A stretch of 51,944 nt of DNA, from NCBI GenBank assembly GCA_019894975.1, contig JAGXNO010000026.1:1-51944 (forward strand). Reading direction: 5' to 3'. Positions 1 to 10,651 of this stretch are shown here, piece by piece. Within the stretch, counting starts at the first letter, position 1; each line of letters begins with the position of its first letter. Source of the stretch: Promethearchaeota archaeon. GTDB lineage: Archaea > Asgardarchaeota > Lokiarchaeia > Sigyniarchaeales > SOKP01. The notes beneath the pieces are model-generated. The model worked only from the letters and a program-made list of their open reading frames with translations. It did not search any database and was not told the DNA's origin. Position numbers and translations under genes: made by a program.

Positions 1-622
1 CATATGGATGAGACACTGCGTTCATGGCGACTCCTCTCACCACAGGCCACTTTTTAGCTTTAGATTTAATATAGTGGAACTTATTCCCTGCTTTGAGAAA
101 CGGCTTATCCGTGCGACCGCCTCCAGCCACGACACCAACCGTAGCGAGGCACTTTTCATTAATCCATTTGGTTTTCTTTGATCGAAATAGTAGTTCGACC
201 TTATTCCCAGACTTATTTCTAACGATCGCTGAAACACCAGAAGCTCTAGCGAACTTGCCTCCATCCTGTGGGGTTGACTCAATGTTGAATACTAAAGTTC
301 CAAGAGGCATTTTTTTAAGAGGTATAATATTTCCTACTTCTATAGGTTGGCCATACCCTGTTTTAGATTGTGTGAATTCTTGTCCTATAAAAACTCCCTC
401 TGGGGGAAGCCAATATCCTTTCTCACCATTATCGTACTGAATTAGTGCAATAGGAGCACCTCTTCCCGGAGAATGGATGAAATCTAATACTGTAAATTTA
501 AATAACTTCTCATTTTTCTTAAATGGTTTATATTTTACACCATTTCCTATATGCCGATGTGAGGGCGATCGGAATGGCAGAGATCCTCTACCTTTGCGTT
601 GAGCAAGTATACGTTTTCCCAT
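1..622 (-). CDS. rpl2: 50S ribosomal protein uL2 (partial, runs off the left end; not in ORF track)
   Basis: Manual translation from ATG at 622: MGKRILAQRKGRGS...HSPGRGAP...DGGKFARASG...WPVVRGVAMNAVSHPY, classic archaeal uL2 motifs. Confidence 0.97.
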   Translation of the reverse strand, partial: MGKRILAQRKGRGSLPFRSPSHRHIGNGVKYKPFKKNEKLFKFTVLDFIHSPGRGAPIALIQYDNGEKGYWLPPEGVFIGQEFTQSKTGYGQPIEVGNIIPLKKMPLGTLVFNIESTPQDGGKFARASGVSAIVRNKSGNKVELLFRSKKTKWINEKCLATVGVVAGGGRTDKPFLKAGNKFHYIKSKAKKWPVVRGVAMNAVSHPY

Positions 623-692
623 TTACTTCACGATATTTTCTGGATAGAAATTTAAATTATTTAAACTATAAATTTTTTATTGTTTTTATGGA

Positions 693-2051
693 TTAGAGTT
701 TATTGTTTTTTAGAAGTTCATCAATATTATAGTTGAATGCAATTGGTAATTCTCTTTCAATAAATTCACCAGCAATATTTTGGAGTAATAATTTCTTAAT
801 TTCTTCAGGATCACTAGTTTGTCCTAAAACCCAGCCTAATTTAACATACCCCACCTCTGGTAATAAATTTCTTCCGGGAATTACACCAAGGCTTTTCAAT
901 TCTCGTCCCGTTGAATAAACGTTCATCCCAACGAATCCATGAAGTGTTTGGGTAGTCATGAGAATTGTCATCCCTTCTTGAGTAGCTCTATCTATTGAAT
1001 CATAGAGGGTTGTGGGTAAATGTCCTAATCCTGTTCCCGCAAAAACAATACCCTTATATCCTTTATCGACATAAAAATCAATTACTTCATTATCAATATC
1101 AGGATATGAATAAATAAGAGCAACTTTCTTTTCAAAGGTAGTTAACGCGATAGTTTTTGATTTTTTTCTTCTTCTATAATCTTGAGTAAACATTTTAATA
1201 TTTCTATCCCTAACCATTCCAAGAGGGATATTATCGATTGTTCGAAAGGTATCTCTAACCGAAGAGTGCATTTTTCTTACTAAAGTGCCCCTATGGATTA
1301 AGTCGTAATCATGTGATTTAGAACCGAGCATTGAAACGACTACTTCGGCGATATCAGAGCTGGCTACCACAGCAGCATTAATTAGATTTAAAGCTGCATC
1401 AGAAGATGGTCTATCAGAGCTTCGTTGACTGCCTACCAATACTACGGGGATTGATAGATCCTTTAGCATGAAAGATAATGCAGCACTGGTAAACGACATT
1501 GTGTCTGTTCCATGACCAATCATTATTCCCTCAACACCTGAATTTGCTGCTTCTTCAATCTTTTCTGCTAATTTCTGCCAATATTCATATTTCATATTCT
1601 CTGATAAAATTTCAAAAACCATCTCACAGTCAAGATTGCATATTTCTGCCAATTCTGGGACAGAACTGAAGAGTTCTCCAGGCGTAAAAGAGGGTATTAC
1701 TGCTCCAGTCGTATAATCCAATCTTGAGGCGACTGTTCCACCTGTACCTAATAATGTAACATTAGGGAGATTTTCATTATGAGGAAATTTCTTCTCTGGA
1801 ATTTTATAAGCAGCTTCTCTTTTCCCAATTTTTTTAATTTCTTGTATGTCAGAAACGTTAATACCGATGTTATAGTTGTTTTCTAGCTTAAGGTTAATGA
1901 AATTAGGGGCAGAATATTCACTTCTGGGTAATACTATCCCTTCATAATTAGTCTTGGATGTTTTTATGTGGATGATGTCCCAAATTTCTATTTTATTCGC
2001 TTCTAAAATCTTCTTTCCTTCTCCCTTGTAACCTTTTAACTTTTCAATCAA
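693..2051 (-). CDS. gatD: Glu-tRNA(Gln) amidotransferase subunit D
   Basis: Asparaginase-type motifs GTGGTVASRLDY, HGTDTM, GSQRSSDRPSSD, RKMHSS; directly follows gatE. Confidence 0.97.
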   Translation of the reverse strand: MIEKLKGYKGEGKKILEANKIEIWDIIHIKTSKTNYEGIVLPRSEYSAPNFINLKLENNYNIGINVSDIQEIKKIGKREAAYKIPEKKFPHNENLPNVTLLGTGGTVASRLDYTTGAVIPSFTPGELFSSVPELAEICNLDCEMVFEILSENMKYEYWQKLAEKIEEAANSGVEGIMIGHGTDTMSFTSAALSFMLKDLSIPVVLVGSQRSSDRPSSDAALNLINAAVVASSDIAEVVVSMLGSKSHDYDLIHRGTLVRKMHSSVRDTFRTIDNIPLGMVRDRNIKMFTQDYRRRKKSKTIALTTFEKKVALIYSYPDIDNEVIDFYVDKGYKGIVFAGTGLGHLPTTLYDSIDRATQEGMTILMTTQTLHGFVGMNVYSTGRELKSLGVIPGRNLLPEVGYVKLGWVLGQTSDPEEIKKLLLQNIAGEFIERELPIAFNYNIDELLKNNKL

Positions 2052-3971
2052 TTATTTCAACTCCTTTAATTTTTCTTTAATTGCAGAATCTAATTCTTTA
2101 GAAACAATGGCCCCATCGATATTTCCCCTTACTTCTTTCATGACTAATCCCATTAATGGCCCTTTAGCTCTCATTTCCTTTTCTTTTATCATTTTAGATT
2201 TGTTATTTACAATCTGAGTGATTATTTTCTTCAGTTCTTCCAATGAAATGCTCTCAATTTTTAATTTCTTTTTAATTTGATCAATAGATAATTCTGGTGA
2301 GTCTGCTTTTAAACTCATTATTTTTTCAATAGCTTCTTTACTGATTTCTTTTTTATCTAATAGTTTAAAGATACCAAGAAAATCTTTATCAGTTATTTTA
2401 TCTATATTTTTCCCCTCTCTTCTTAGGGCAGTTGTGGTTTCTAACAGAGTTGTAAGAACTAAAGAGGAATTACTCGGGTATAATTTTATCAATTCCTCAA
2501 ACAATTTGAGTCTACCTGTGAAAATTAGGTCTTTAATTAATCTTTCTTCTGTATTGAATTTCTTAGAATACAGTTTTATAGTAATCCATGGAAGCTCTGG
2601 AAGATTTTTACATATTTCTTCAATTTCTTCTTTAAAATTAAATATAGCTTCTGTATCTGTATCAGGATACAGTCTTGCCCCACCATGAAGTTCTCGCAAG
2701 AACTCTGTAGTGCCATCCTCTAGAGCTTTTCTGGTTTCTGGAGGGACTCCTTTAAATGCAAACTTTACACGATTGATAATAACTTTCATTGCCTTAGTAG
2801 TTTCCTTTTCAGTTCCTAAAACTAATACAAAACAATCATTTCCTTTGGATGTTAGCTTTTCATTGATATTATCGATATCCTCTTTTGAAAATTTGTATTT
2901 ATTTAAATTTTCGTCTGAATGTATAATCCCTTGTAGACCAGATATGATTTTTACCTTACTACTTACTTCTGTTCCAAATCTATAATTTTCCATTAATTCT
3001 TTTCCGAAGATACCCTTAAATCCGCTGAAATTAATCCCATACAGCTTTTTTCCAGATTTAATACCTTTACTTATAAAATTAGACTTAGTTTTTGCAAAAG
3101 ATTCAGATAAATCTATAAAACTTTCATTAACATCTTTCTCTTCTAATTCTCTCTTCTCAAGTTCATTTTTTATTTCAATGAGTTTTAGTTGTCTTGATAT
3201 TTCATGATTGATTAAAAGAGGGATCCACCCTAATTTTTGTACACCTTTTATTTCGATTCTCGTACCCTCTGCGATACTAACATTAATATCTTGTCTAATT
3301 GAACCAATAACTTTTTTTACATTGGTTGACCATAACAATAATCCAATTCTTTCCGCAGATTCCCGACATTCATATGGAGTGTTAATATCTGGTTTAGTAG
3401 TTACTTCAACCAATGGAATTCCTAGGCGATCTAATCGAAAGTAATTAGTTTTATTTTCAGTTTTTATTCTTCTCGCAGCTTCCTCCTCTAAGCTTAGGAT
3501 ATCTATTCCAATTTTTTTTCCATTTTCTAATTCTATATAGCCATCGGTTCCAAGAATCATTGTACGTTGAAAACCACATGGGACACTTCCATCCAAATAA
3601 TTTTTACGACACACATGCATTTCTTCAATAATATTTGCGTTAAGAAGTATAGCAATTTGTAGGGCTATTTTTCTGGCTTCAATGTTACACGAGAACGGGG
3701 GCGTGTCGTCTTGCTCGTAGGTACATACAACATCGTTATAGCCCTCGTATACAATCCCCATTCCTTTGCCGTATTCTGTTAACATTGCCTTATCATACGT
3801 CCCCATTTCGCCTAAGACGGGCCTCATTTTCCGGCTTATTGTAAATTCTGGTTCTCGAGATCCCTGAAGCTCTGTAGGGCATCTACAGAATAACTTGGTT
3901 TGTGTGTTGAGCTGCTGGTGAATCTCTAAACCGCATTTAAGACCGAGTTTTTCATAATCAAATTCTTCCAT
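2052..3971 (-). CDS. gatE: Glu-tRNA(Gln) amidotransferase subunit E
   Basis: GLKCGLEIHQQL, GFQRT, LEEEAAR, LDRLGIPLVE, IRQDINVSI, GVPPETR, GARLYPDTD. Confidence 0.97.
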   Translation of the reverse strand: MEEFDYEKLGLKCGLEIHQQLNTQTKLFCRCPTELQGSREPEFTISRKMRPVLGEMGTYDKAMLTEYGKGMGIVYEGYNDVVCTYEQDDTPPFSCNIEARKIALQIAILLNANIIEEMHVCRKNYLDGSVPCGFQRTMILGTDGYIELENGKKIGIDILSLEEEAARRIKTENKTNYFRLDRLGIPLVEVTTKPDINTPYECRESAERIGLLLWSTNVKKVIGSIRQDINVSIAEGTRIEIKGVQKLGWIPLLINHEISRQLKLIEIKNELEKRELEEKDVNESFIDLSESFAKTKSNFISKGIKSGKKLYGINFSGFKGIFGKELMENYRFGTEVSSKVKIISGLQGIIHSDENLNKYKFSKEDIDNINEKLTSKGNDCFVLVLGTEKETTKAMKVIINRVKFAFKGVPPETRKALEDGTTEFLRELHGGARLYPDTDTEAIFNFKEEIEEICKNLPELPWITIKLYSKKFNTEERLIKDLIFTGRLKLFEELIKLYPSNSSLVLTTLLETTTALRREGKNIDKITDKDFLGIFKLLDKKEISKEAIEKIMSLKADSPELSIDQIKKKLKIESISLEELKKIITQIVNNKSKMIKEKEMRAKGPLMGLVMKEVRGNIDGAIVSKELDSAIKEKLKELK

Positions 3972-4099
3972 AATAATCTGAATTGGCTCTATTTAAGACA
4001 AACAATAACCAATAATTATTATTTCTTTCTAAAATTTTAAGATCCTTCAAAATTCACCAAAAACTATTGAAAAAACGATAAATTTCACACGATTATTCA

Positions 4100-4738
4100 T
4101 CAGAAGACTTTTTGCCTGAATATGTTTTTAAGGTCTTCAGAAGTAATTTTTGAAGCCCTATCAAGATCTTTATCAAAACGTATTCTTTTTGTTCGAAATC
4201 CCAAATCATAGCCTTCTTTATCTTTTTTATACTCTTCGAACAACCTCTTCCAAAAAGAAACCTTCTCCTCCCGTAAAGATTTCAGTCTTTCTTTAAAGTA
4301 TTCAGCTATAGTGTCAATATTACCCTCATATCCAATATCAAACTCAAGAGAACTTAATCCTTCTTTTTTTTCTTTGACTAGGCTCTTAGGTAAAAAAAAA
4401 ATAAAGTCATTCAGTTTACTAATATATTTCTCTATAGAACCTTCGAGACTTCCTTGGTCGTCTAAATGATCCAAATTAAACTTCTGAAAGAGTACATTAA
4501 TAAGATTTCCGAACTCATCTTCAATGTCCTCAACATAGTTTTCAGACAGAGACTGATTCTTTACTAAATCAAAAAGCCCAAAAAATAACTCCCGACTGAG
4601 TCCAGACACATTATATGCAAATATCCATTTTTCTGGAACAATTAAATTTTCTGAGCCATCCTCAACGGTAAGATTAACATTGTAAGCATGTCTAGTAAAA
4701 ACCGAGTTTTGTCTTTCTTCTTCATTCATACAACTCAC
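4100..4738 (-). CDS. hypothetical protein
   Basis: 212-aa ORF with protein-like composition; no recognised motif. Confidence 0.7.
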   Translation of the reverse strand: MSCMNEEERQNSVFTRHAYNVNLTVEDGSENLIVPEKWIFAYNVSGLSRELFFGLFDLVKNQSLSENYVEDIEDEFGNLINVLFQKFNLDHLDDQGSLEGSIEKYISKLNDFIFFLPKSLVKEKKEGLSSLEFDIGYEGNIDTIAEYFKERLKSLREEKVSFWKRLFEEYKKDKEGYDLGFRTKRIRFDKDLDRASKITSEDLKNIFRQKVF

Positions 4739-4803
4739 TATTTATAACTTTAAAAGATTTTATATGAAAATAAAAGAATTTAGTACATATAAATTCGAAG
4801 GGT

Positions 4804-4932
4804 CTAAAGGAAACTTAACCAGTAATCGAGGTATTTTTTAGATTTCAGGTCTCTCAAAAATGGAATTCGGAATTCTTTCTTCCAATGAGCTGTTGCCGCT
4901 TCGAAATCATCTTCTTTAAATTTCTCCCACAT
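4804..4932 (-). CDS. possible 42-aa small protein or gene remnant
   Basis: ATG at 4932 to TAG at 4804: MWEKFKEDDFEAATAHWKKEFRIPFLRDLKSKKYLDYWLSFL; fills the gap between co-directional genes. Confidence 0.3.
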   Translation of the reverse strand: MWEKFKEDDFEAATAHWKKEFRIPFLRDLKSKKYLDYWLSFL

Positions 4933-4982
4933 ATATAGAGATAGAGTTTGGGATTAATACCTACGGGATTTTATACCTATTT

Positions 4983-6089
4983 TTACTGATCATACGTTCC
5001 TACCATAGTATTTTTTAAATAATAGGTACCATCAGTTTGAGAGATTTTAGCGTATTTTGAAAGAGAATCGATGAGCCATTTTCTCTGTATATCATCACTT
5101 TCTAGAACAGGTTCTAGTTGAAATGAATAATCTTTCTCCCCGGAGTGTAACCTAATCCAATGAATTTTCTCGAAAAATAATAATATTTTTCCTAAAAAGT
5201 CATCTCTTTGCCCGTATTTCTGTAAATCATTTTCTACTGTTTTTAACCACTTGTTGTAGGTATTTTTACTTTTGAAATTTATAAAAAGCATATTATCCTC
5301 AGCGAGTTTCATCCATAAATGTTTGTCATCACTATCATCCAATATTCGATTGTAGTTTATAATGAAATCTACATTTTCTTTTAAAAGTTCTATACGTTCT
5401 TTCCGGGCTAAACCCTCCCTGAATAGAAGATCAGTTTCTATAAAATCGATTCTACAATAATAATCTTTAGGAGAATAAATAAAATCAGTAAGTTTTACAC
5501 CTAAAATCCCTAATATTGCAGCAAAGAACTTACAATTCTCAAAATGTAGATTTCTCTGTTTACCAACGAATTCCAATATGCCGGTTGTATAATTTTGCCT
5601 CCGATCAGAAAAGATTTCAAGACTCATATCTTTAGATATTGGTGAAGGATTTACTCGACTTTTAATTCTCTCAAATAATATTTTTAAATCTTCATAATTA
5701 TTTTTTCTAAAATTCTTTCTCAAGAAATTTAAGTAAGATAATAAAAACCTAGTAAATCTATTAAAGGATATTTCTGAGTATCTATTATTTTCTGAAACCA
5801 TTTCATATAGTGGAACAGTAGCATTAAAAGTAAATTGCTCAAAGAAATCTTTTACTCCTTTATCTTCTACTCTCTTAAAATCGTCCAATGATTTGCCTTT
5901 TCCAAAAAGTTCCATTACATTCTCTAGTACGTGGTTATAAAAAGCTGATATGCTTTTAAATCTTTCATCATTAGGATCTTTCCTATAGTTTATATTAACA
6001 TATCGGTTTATCCACTCTTTCAAAGATGGGGAGATTGAAATCGTTTGTTGGGTTGTTTTCTTGTTGGAAAGGTATTTTTTGGTCGTCAT
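4983..6089 (-). CDS. hypothetical protein with N-terminal ribbon-helix-helix-like DNA-binding domain (paralogue 1)
   Basis: N-terminal TTQQTISISPSLKEWI...KSISAFYNHVLE fits an RHH strand-helix-helix pattern; aligns by eye over its full length with 6649..7725. Confidence 0.7.
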   Translation of the reverse strand: MTTKKYLSNKKTTQQTISISPSLKEWINRYVNINYRKDPNDERFKSISAFYNHVLENVMELFGKGKSLDDFKRVEDKGVKDFFEQFTFNATVPLYEMVSENNRYSEISFNRFTRFLLSYLNFLRKNFRKNNYEDLKILFERIKSRVNPSPISKDMSLEIFSDRRQNYTTGILEFVGKQRNLHFENCKFFAAILGILGVKLTDFIYSPKDYYCRIDFIETDLLFREGLARKERIELLKENVDFIINYNRILDDSDDKHLWMKLAEDNMLFINFKSKNTYNKWLKTVENDLQKYGQRDDFLGKILLFFEKIHWIRLHSGEKDYSFQLEPVLESDDIQRKWLIDSLSKYAKISQTDGTYYLKNTMVGTYDQ

Positions 6090-6541
6090 AATTTTTAATT
6101 TTTTTATTTAATATTAGAAGATTTAATAGATGAATACTCTAAATAAATAAGTCAGTTTGGGTTTATAAATAAAACTTACGAGTTTTTATTCTTTTATAAG
6201 ATACAATTCTCTTTTAGGATACAATTTTATTCATTTTTTTATCGCATCTTCGAGTATTGAAAATTTTTTTAAAGATCTTCACAATAAAATTTTATTTTTT
6301 TACTTTTTTAATATATTAAAAATTATAAAATTCAGGTTGAATCTTTTTATCCGTTGACATTATTATTGTTTTAGTCATTTAAGCAGTACAATTTCCCAAA
6401 AATAGAATAATAATTCTGATTTTTGTTTTTCAGTTTTTAATCGTTGTAGAAATGTCGATTTCATGGTATTTTATTTCCATTATATATCTTTAAAAGTAAC
6501 CTTATAATAATTTATTTAGACAAACTAAATCCAGAAAAATC

Positions 6542-6613
6542 AAGGGGATTGACAGGAGAAAAATGGGAAGAGAAATATAGGAGTAGGAGGACGCGATCCC
6601 CCTTTTCTTTCTT
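6542..6613 (+). ncRNA. candidate small structured RNA (terminal stem enclosing a purine-rich AGGAG-repeat loop, followed by a U-tract)
   Basis: AAGGGGATTG (6542-6551) pairs with CGATCCCCCTT (6594-6604); TTTATTTA TATA-like box at 6511-6518; T-rich tract follows; GC-rich island in an AT-rich intergenic region. Confidence 0.4.
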
Positions 6614-6648
6614 TTATAAAATCAATATCGTCTTAATTTTTCACTAAT

Positions 6649-7725
6649 TCACTCTAAATAATATTTCCCATTATTTTGCAACACTTTAGATTTTTCTGAA
6701 AGAGTATTCAATAAAAATTGTCGTTCATCAGGATGTTTTGATTCTGATAATCGAATCCGAAATATTAGTTCTTCTTCACTTTCAATATCAACCCAGTGTA
6801 ATTTTTCAAAAAATCTTAATACGTGGAGATTAAATTCCTCTTTTTCACTAAATTCTTCAATTTCTTTTCCTATTAAATCAATCCATTCTTTCCTGGTTAA
6901 AGGGTTATTAAAACTAATAAAATTGTTTTCATCATTAGCCATCTTCATCCATAAAAAGTAATCATCATCATCAAGAATTATGCGTCTGTAATTGATTAAT
7001 TGATAAACGTTATTATTCATTAGCTTTATTCTCTCTGATCTAACTAGATCTTTCCTAAAAAATAATTCGGTTGCTTCGAGATCGAATCTACAATAATTAT
7101 CTTTTTCTGAGTATAAACAGTTTGCAATTTTTACTCCTAATAAACCAAATATCGCAGCAGTATATTTACAATTTTCAAAACTCAGGTTTTGATAAAAGCC
7201 ACTAAATTCGAATATCCCCGTTAGATCAGTGCTGCTTTTACCAGTAAAGAGATCTAAATTCGAATCTTTTGTTAAATTATTTGTAAGGAGCCAATTTCTC
7301 AATCTGTCAAAAAGCTCTTTGATGCTTTCGATATCATAAGGATCCATTATGGAGAAATAGAGCCTTCTTATTGTCAAGAAAAATAACGGCAATTTATCAA
7401 AAGTTGGATCGGTGAATCTATTTGTTTTAAGTGCGGCTTCATAATATGGTATGATAGCCTTGAATGTAATTTTATCAAAAAAGTTAGATATTTCACTATC
7501 TACAAAAGTTTCAAAATCGTCCAGAGATTTTCCTTTATCAAAACAATCCATCGTTTTCTCAAGAACATAATTATAGAAAGATGAAATACTTTTTAATCTA
7601 TTGTCTTTCGCATTTTTTTTATTATTATCATTTACATATTGTTCTATTCGAGCTTTAAGGGCAGGAGATATTGAAATTGTTTGTTGAGTAGTTTTCTTTT
7701 TTGATAATTCTTTGTTTGAAGCCAT
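6649..7725 (-). CDS. hypothetical protein with N-terminal RHH-like domain (paralogue 2)
   Basis: Shares KKTTQQTISISP, KGKSLDDF, FENCK..AAI.G.LGVK, YCR.D, LWMK.A.D, FFEK.HW with 4983..6089. Confidence 0.7.
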   Translation of the reverse strand: MASNKELSKKKTTQQTISISPALKARIEQYVNDNNKKNAKDNRLKSISSFYNYVLEKTMDCFDKGKSLDDFETFVDSEISNFFDKITFKAIIPYYEAALKTNRFTDPTFDKLPLFFLTIRRLYFSIMDPYDIESIKELFDRLRNWLLTNNLTKDSNLDLFTGKSSTDLTGIFEFSGFYQNLSFENCKYTAAIFGLLGVKIANCLYSEKDNYCRFDLEATELFFRKDLVRSERIKLMNNNVYQLINYRRIILDDDDYFLWMKMANDENNFISFNNPLTRKEWIDLIGKEIEEFSEKEEFNLHVLRFFEKLHWVDIESEEELIFRIRLSESKHPDERQFLLNTLSEKSKVLQNNGKYYLE

Positions 7726-7891
7726 ATTACTAACTCACTCTTAAATATTTAATTTTAGTATAGAGCTATATTCTATACTATCTTGTATATAAAAATATAG
7801 AGAAATAAATGTATATTTTTAGGAAGTGTCTTTTTACTCAGAACATAATAAAATTTTTATTTTTCAGAATGAAGAATTAATTTATAACTAT

Positions 7892-9520
7892 TTAAAGAGC
7901 TTTTGAAACATAAACTCCATCTGAATTATATTGCATATTATAAAAAAATTGTTTTACACCAATTCCTGATATAACGGCTAGCTTTTTAGCATCAAAATCT
8001 TCTTTTGCTATTTTCTCAGCACATTGCATTAACAACTTACCAAAACCTCTATGTTGAATTTGATTGAATCTATTTGGTTTCATATCTTTAGGGACCAATT
8101 CACCAACAACCTTTATTTCCCTGACAATCATAGTTTTACCATCGTTTAATTCTGGCCTATGGGCAAATTCAGAAGGTTTTCTTAATCTTAAATAACCAAT
8201 TAAATAATTATCTTGTTGGTTTTCGTAAGATAAGAAAATTTCTTGCCCCTTCGATGCTTTATAATCCTTTCGATATAGTTTAACTTCATTTAGTGAATTC
8301 TCATCGATGATTTCTTTTCTTTTACTTATCCCAAACTCCCTACATCTTATACATTTACAAGTGTCATCCATTTCCCTTAATTTTTCTTGAATTAACTGTC
8401 TTAAATTACTTTTTTTACATCCTGCTTCGATTAGATTAGCAGGGATATCTCTCATTATTCGTTGTATTCTAACATATGGAGGAAGATTTGATTTAACCTT
8501 TGCGAGCAAACTTATTAATTCTTTATCTGAGTAAGGTGAATACTTTCCTTTCCTCCACCAATCATACAATTCAGTACCCTTTATAACTAGCGTAGGATAA
8601 ATTTTTAACATATCAGGTCGATAATCAGGGATAGAGAACAGATTTTCAAATAATTCTAAATCTTTATCTATACTAGAACCGGGCAAATTTGGCATTATAT
8701 GGGCATTAATTTTTAGCCCTGCATCCTTAGCGATTCTAATTGCTTTAATACTATCAGCAGAAGTATGACCTCTCCTAACTAGATTATATATGTCATCGTA
8801 AACTGTTTGTATCCCTAATTCAACCCTTGTAGTTCCATATTTAAGCATTCTGTCAACATCATTTTCCTTACAATAATCTGGTCGTGTTTCAATAGTGATT
8901 CCTACAATTCTTCTTTTAGAAGTTTCAGCAAGCACCATAGCTTCCTTTAAACTCTCTATGCGTTTTTCAATGATTCCTTCATAGGCACCCTTAACAAAAT
9001 TTTCTTGGAAGTTTGAATCAGTTGATAAAAAGGTGCCACCCATTATAATTAGCTCGATTTTATCAACGTCATGACCAATAACTTCTAAATCTTTTATCCT
9101 ACTTTGAACTTGAAGGTATGAATCATAATTATTGTGAATTGATCTCATGGCTGCTGGTTCTCTACCTGTATATGATTGAGCTACTTTTTCCCCTGGTTGG
9201 GAATCAGAACCAGGACAGTAAATACAAGTTCCTGGACAAGGAAGTGGTTCAGTCATTATAGCTATGACAGATACACCTGACAGTGTTCTGGTTTTTCTTC
9301 TTTTAAGAATGTGAGTAACTATTTCCTTTTCTTTTTCTGTGGCGAAATAAAGAATTGTAGCATTCTTAATTACCTTACTATGATTGTATTTTTTTCCAAT
9401 TCGGGCTTTAATGCTTGTTATTTTTCCACGAGAAATTTCTGGATTATTAAGCAAGTATTTTATTACATCTCTTGCAATTTTCCTATCAGTTTCTTGGTTT
9501 GTATTTTCAAGAGGAACCAT
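7892..9520 (-). CDS. elp3: Elp3 tRNA U34 carboxymethyltransferase (radical SAM + GNAT)
   Basis: RTLSGV, CPGTCIYCPG, QSYTGREPA, GITIETRPD, LKIYPTLV, RIQRIMRDIP, CIRCRE, QHRGFG. Confidence 0.96.
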   Translation of the reverse strand: MVPLENTNQETDRKIARDVIKYLLNNPEISRGKITSIKARIGKKYNHSKVIKNATILYFATEKEKEIVTHILKRRKTRTLSGVSVIAIMTEPLPCPGTCIYCPGSDSQPGEKVAQSYTGREPAAMRSIHNNYDSYLQVQSRIKDLEVIGHDVDKIELIIMGGTFLSTDSNFQENFVKGAYEGIIEKRIESLKEAMVLAETSKRRIVGITIETRPDYCKENDVDRMLKYGTTRVELGIQTVYDDIYNLVRRGHTSADSIKAIRIAKDAGLKINAHIMPNLPGSSIDKDLELFENLFSIPDYRPDMLKIYPTLVIKGTELYDWWRKGKYSPYSDKELISLLAKVKSNLPPYVRIQRIMRDIPANLIEAGCKKSNLRQLIQEKLREMDDTCKCIRCREFGISKRKEIIDENSLNEVKLYRKDYKASKGQEIFLSYENQQDNYLIGYLRLRKPSEFAHRPELNDGKTMIVREIKVVGELVPKDMKPNRFNQIQHRGFGKLLMQCAEKIAKEDFDAKKLAVISGIGVKQFFYNMQYNSDGVYVSKAL

Positions 9521-9697
9521 TTCTAGAAGTTATAAGATACGTATAGAAGAATTTGTATATTCAGAATAAACTAAATTCTTCATAAAAGTTATACTTTGAG
9601 GTTAAAGATTTCTCACTTTTCATTATATTTGAATAAAAAGATTTAATACAATAATCATAATTTTCTTTAAACAACTAATAATTATTAGGTTTTTAGA

Positions 9698-10573
9698 ATG
9701 ACTGATATCACAATTAAAGATGGATATATGTATGGGGGGTGGAGAGCCCCAGAAAACCTTTATAGAGCTTTTGATGGTGCAACATCGATTCATGATGACT
9801 CAGTAGCTAAGAAAGTAGGGATGCGAGGAGGGACAATTCCTGGAACTATACATTTGAGTTTGTTCGCCCCTTTAATGCTTGAAATTTTTGGACAACGATG
9901 GTTTGAGAAAGGATCCCTAAGTATGTACTATACTTTTGCAACAACAGATAAAGAAGAAGTAAGAGCAGTTGTTAAAATGCCACCTGAGGGTGTTGATAAT
10001 GTTCAAGTAGAAGCCCGAGTTGAGATGCCAAGTGGACAAGTTGTTGCTACAGGTACAGTTGCAGTAGGAGAGCCTAAAGATTTGTCTTACTTACAAGCTT
10101 TAGAACTTAGAAATAGTAATCCAGAGGATTTGCGTATTTTAGCAGGAATGAAGGTTGGAGATGCCCTTGACAAACAAAATATCTTAATTTCGCAAGATGA
10201 GGCAAGCAAGGGACTACCAGGTATAACTGATCATCTCGATTATTACAAAGGAAAATCACCATGGGGAAACTCAATACTATCACCAACAGCAATATATGGT
10301 ACAATGGCTCTAGGTTCTAACACATTGAAAGCCACAGAGATTAAAGCGGTTCCATTTTTCGGTGCCACCGAAATTCAAAATGTTAACGGTCCTGTGATGG
10401 TTGGAACTCCTTACGAAGCAAGTGGGAAAATAGCATGCGCCGGTGCTAGTAGTAAGACGGAATATTACTGGCAGGATTGTCTTTTAAAAGAAAAAGAAAG
10501 TGGAAAAGTAGTTGCCTCTATGCGTCATATGAATCGATTCATGAAAGCGGGATCAGCCGTCTATAGCAAATAG
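9698..10573 (+). CDS. double hot-dog fold (MaoC-like) dehydratase/thioesterase family protein
   Basis: SIHDDSVAKKVGMRGGTIPG resembles the MaoC hydratase motif; length fits two hot-dog domains. Confidence 0.6.
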   Translation: MTDITIKDGYMYGGWRAPENLYRAFDGATSIHDDSVAKKVGMRGGTIPGTIHLSLFAPLMLEIFGQRWFEKGSLSMYYTFATTDKEEVRAVVKMPPEGVDNVQVEARVEMPSGQVVATGTVAVGEPKDLSYLQALELRNSNPEDLRILAGMKVGDALDKQNILISQDEASKGLPGITDHLDYYKGKSPWGNSILSPTAIYGTMALGSNTLKATEIKAVPFFGATEIQNVNGPVMVGTPYEASGKIACAGASSKTEYYWQDCLLKEKESGKVVASMRHMNRFMKAGSAVYSK

Positions 10574-10651
10574 CCCAAAGATAATATTCTTAATTTTATT
10601 TTTTTTATAATAAATTGATCAATGATCTGAATGAAATCCTTAAGGGATAAT

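Noticed and set aside
37-440. Track ORFs 37..282 and 93..440, and the many other short opposite-strand or alternate-frame ORFs
   Set aside because: Shadow frames overlapping well-supported genes (here rpl2); no motifs.
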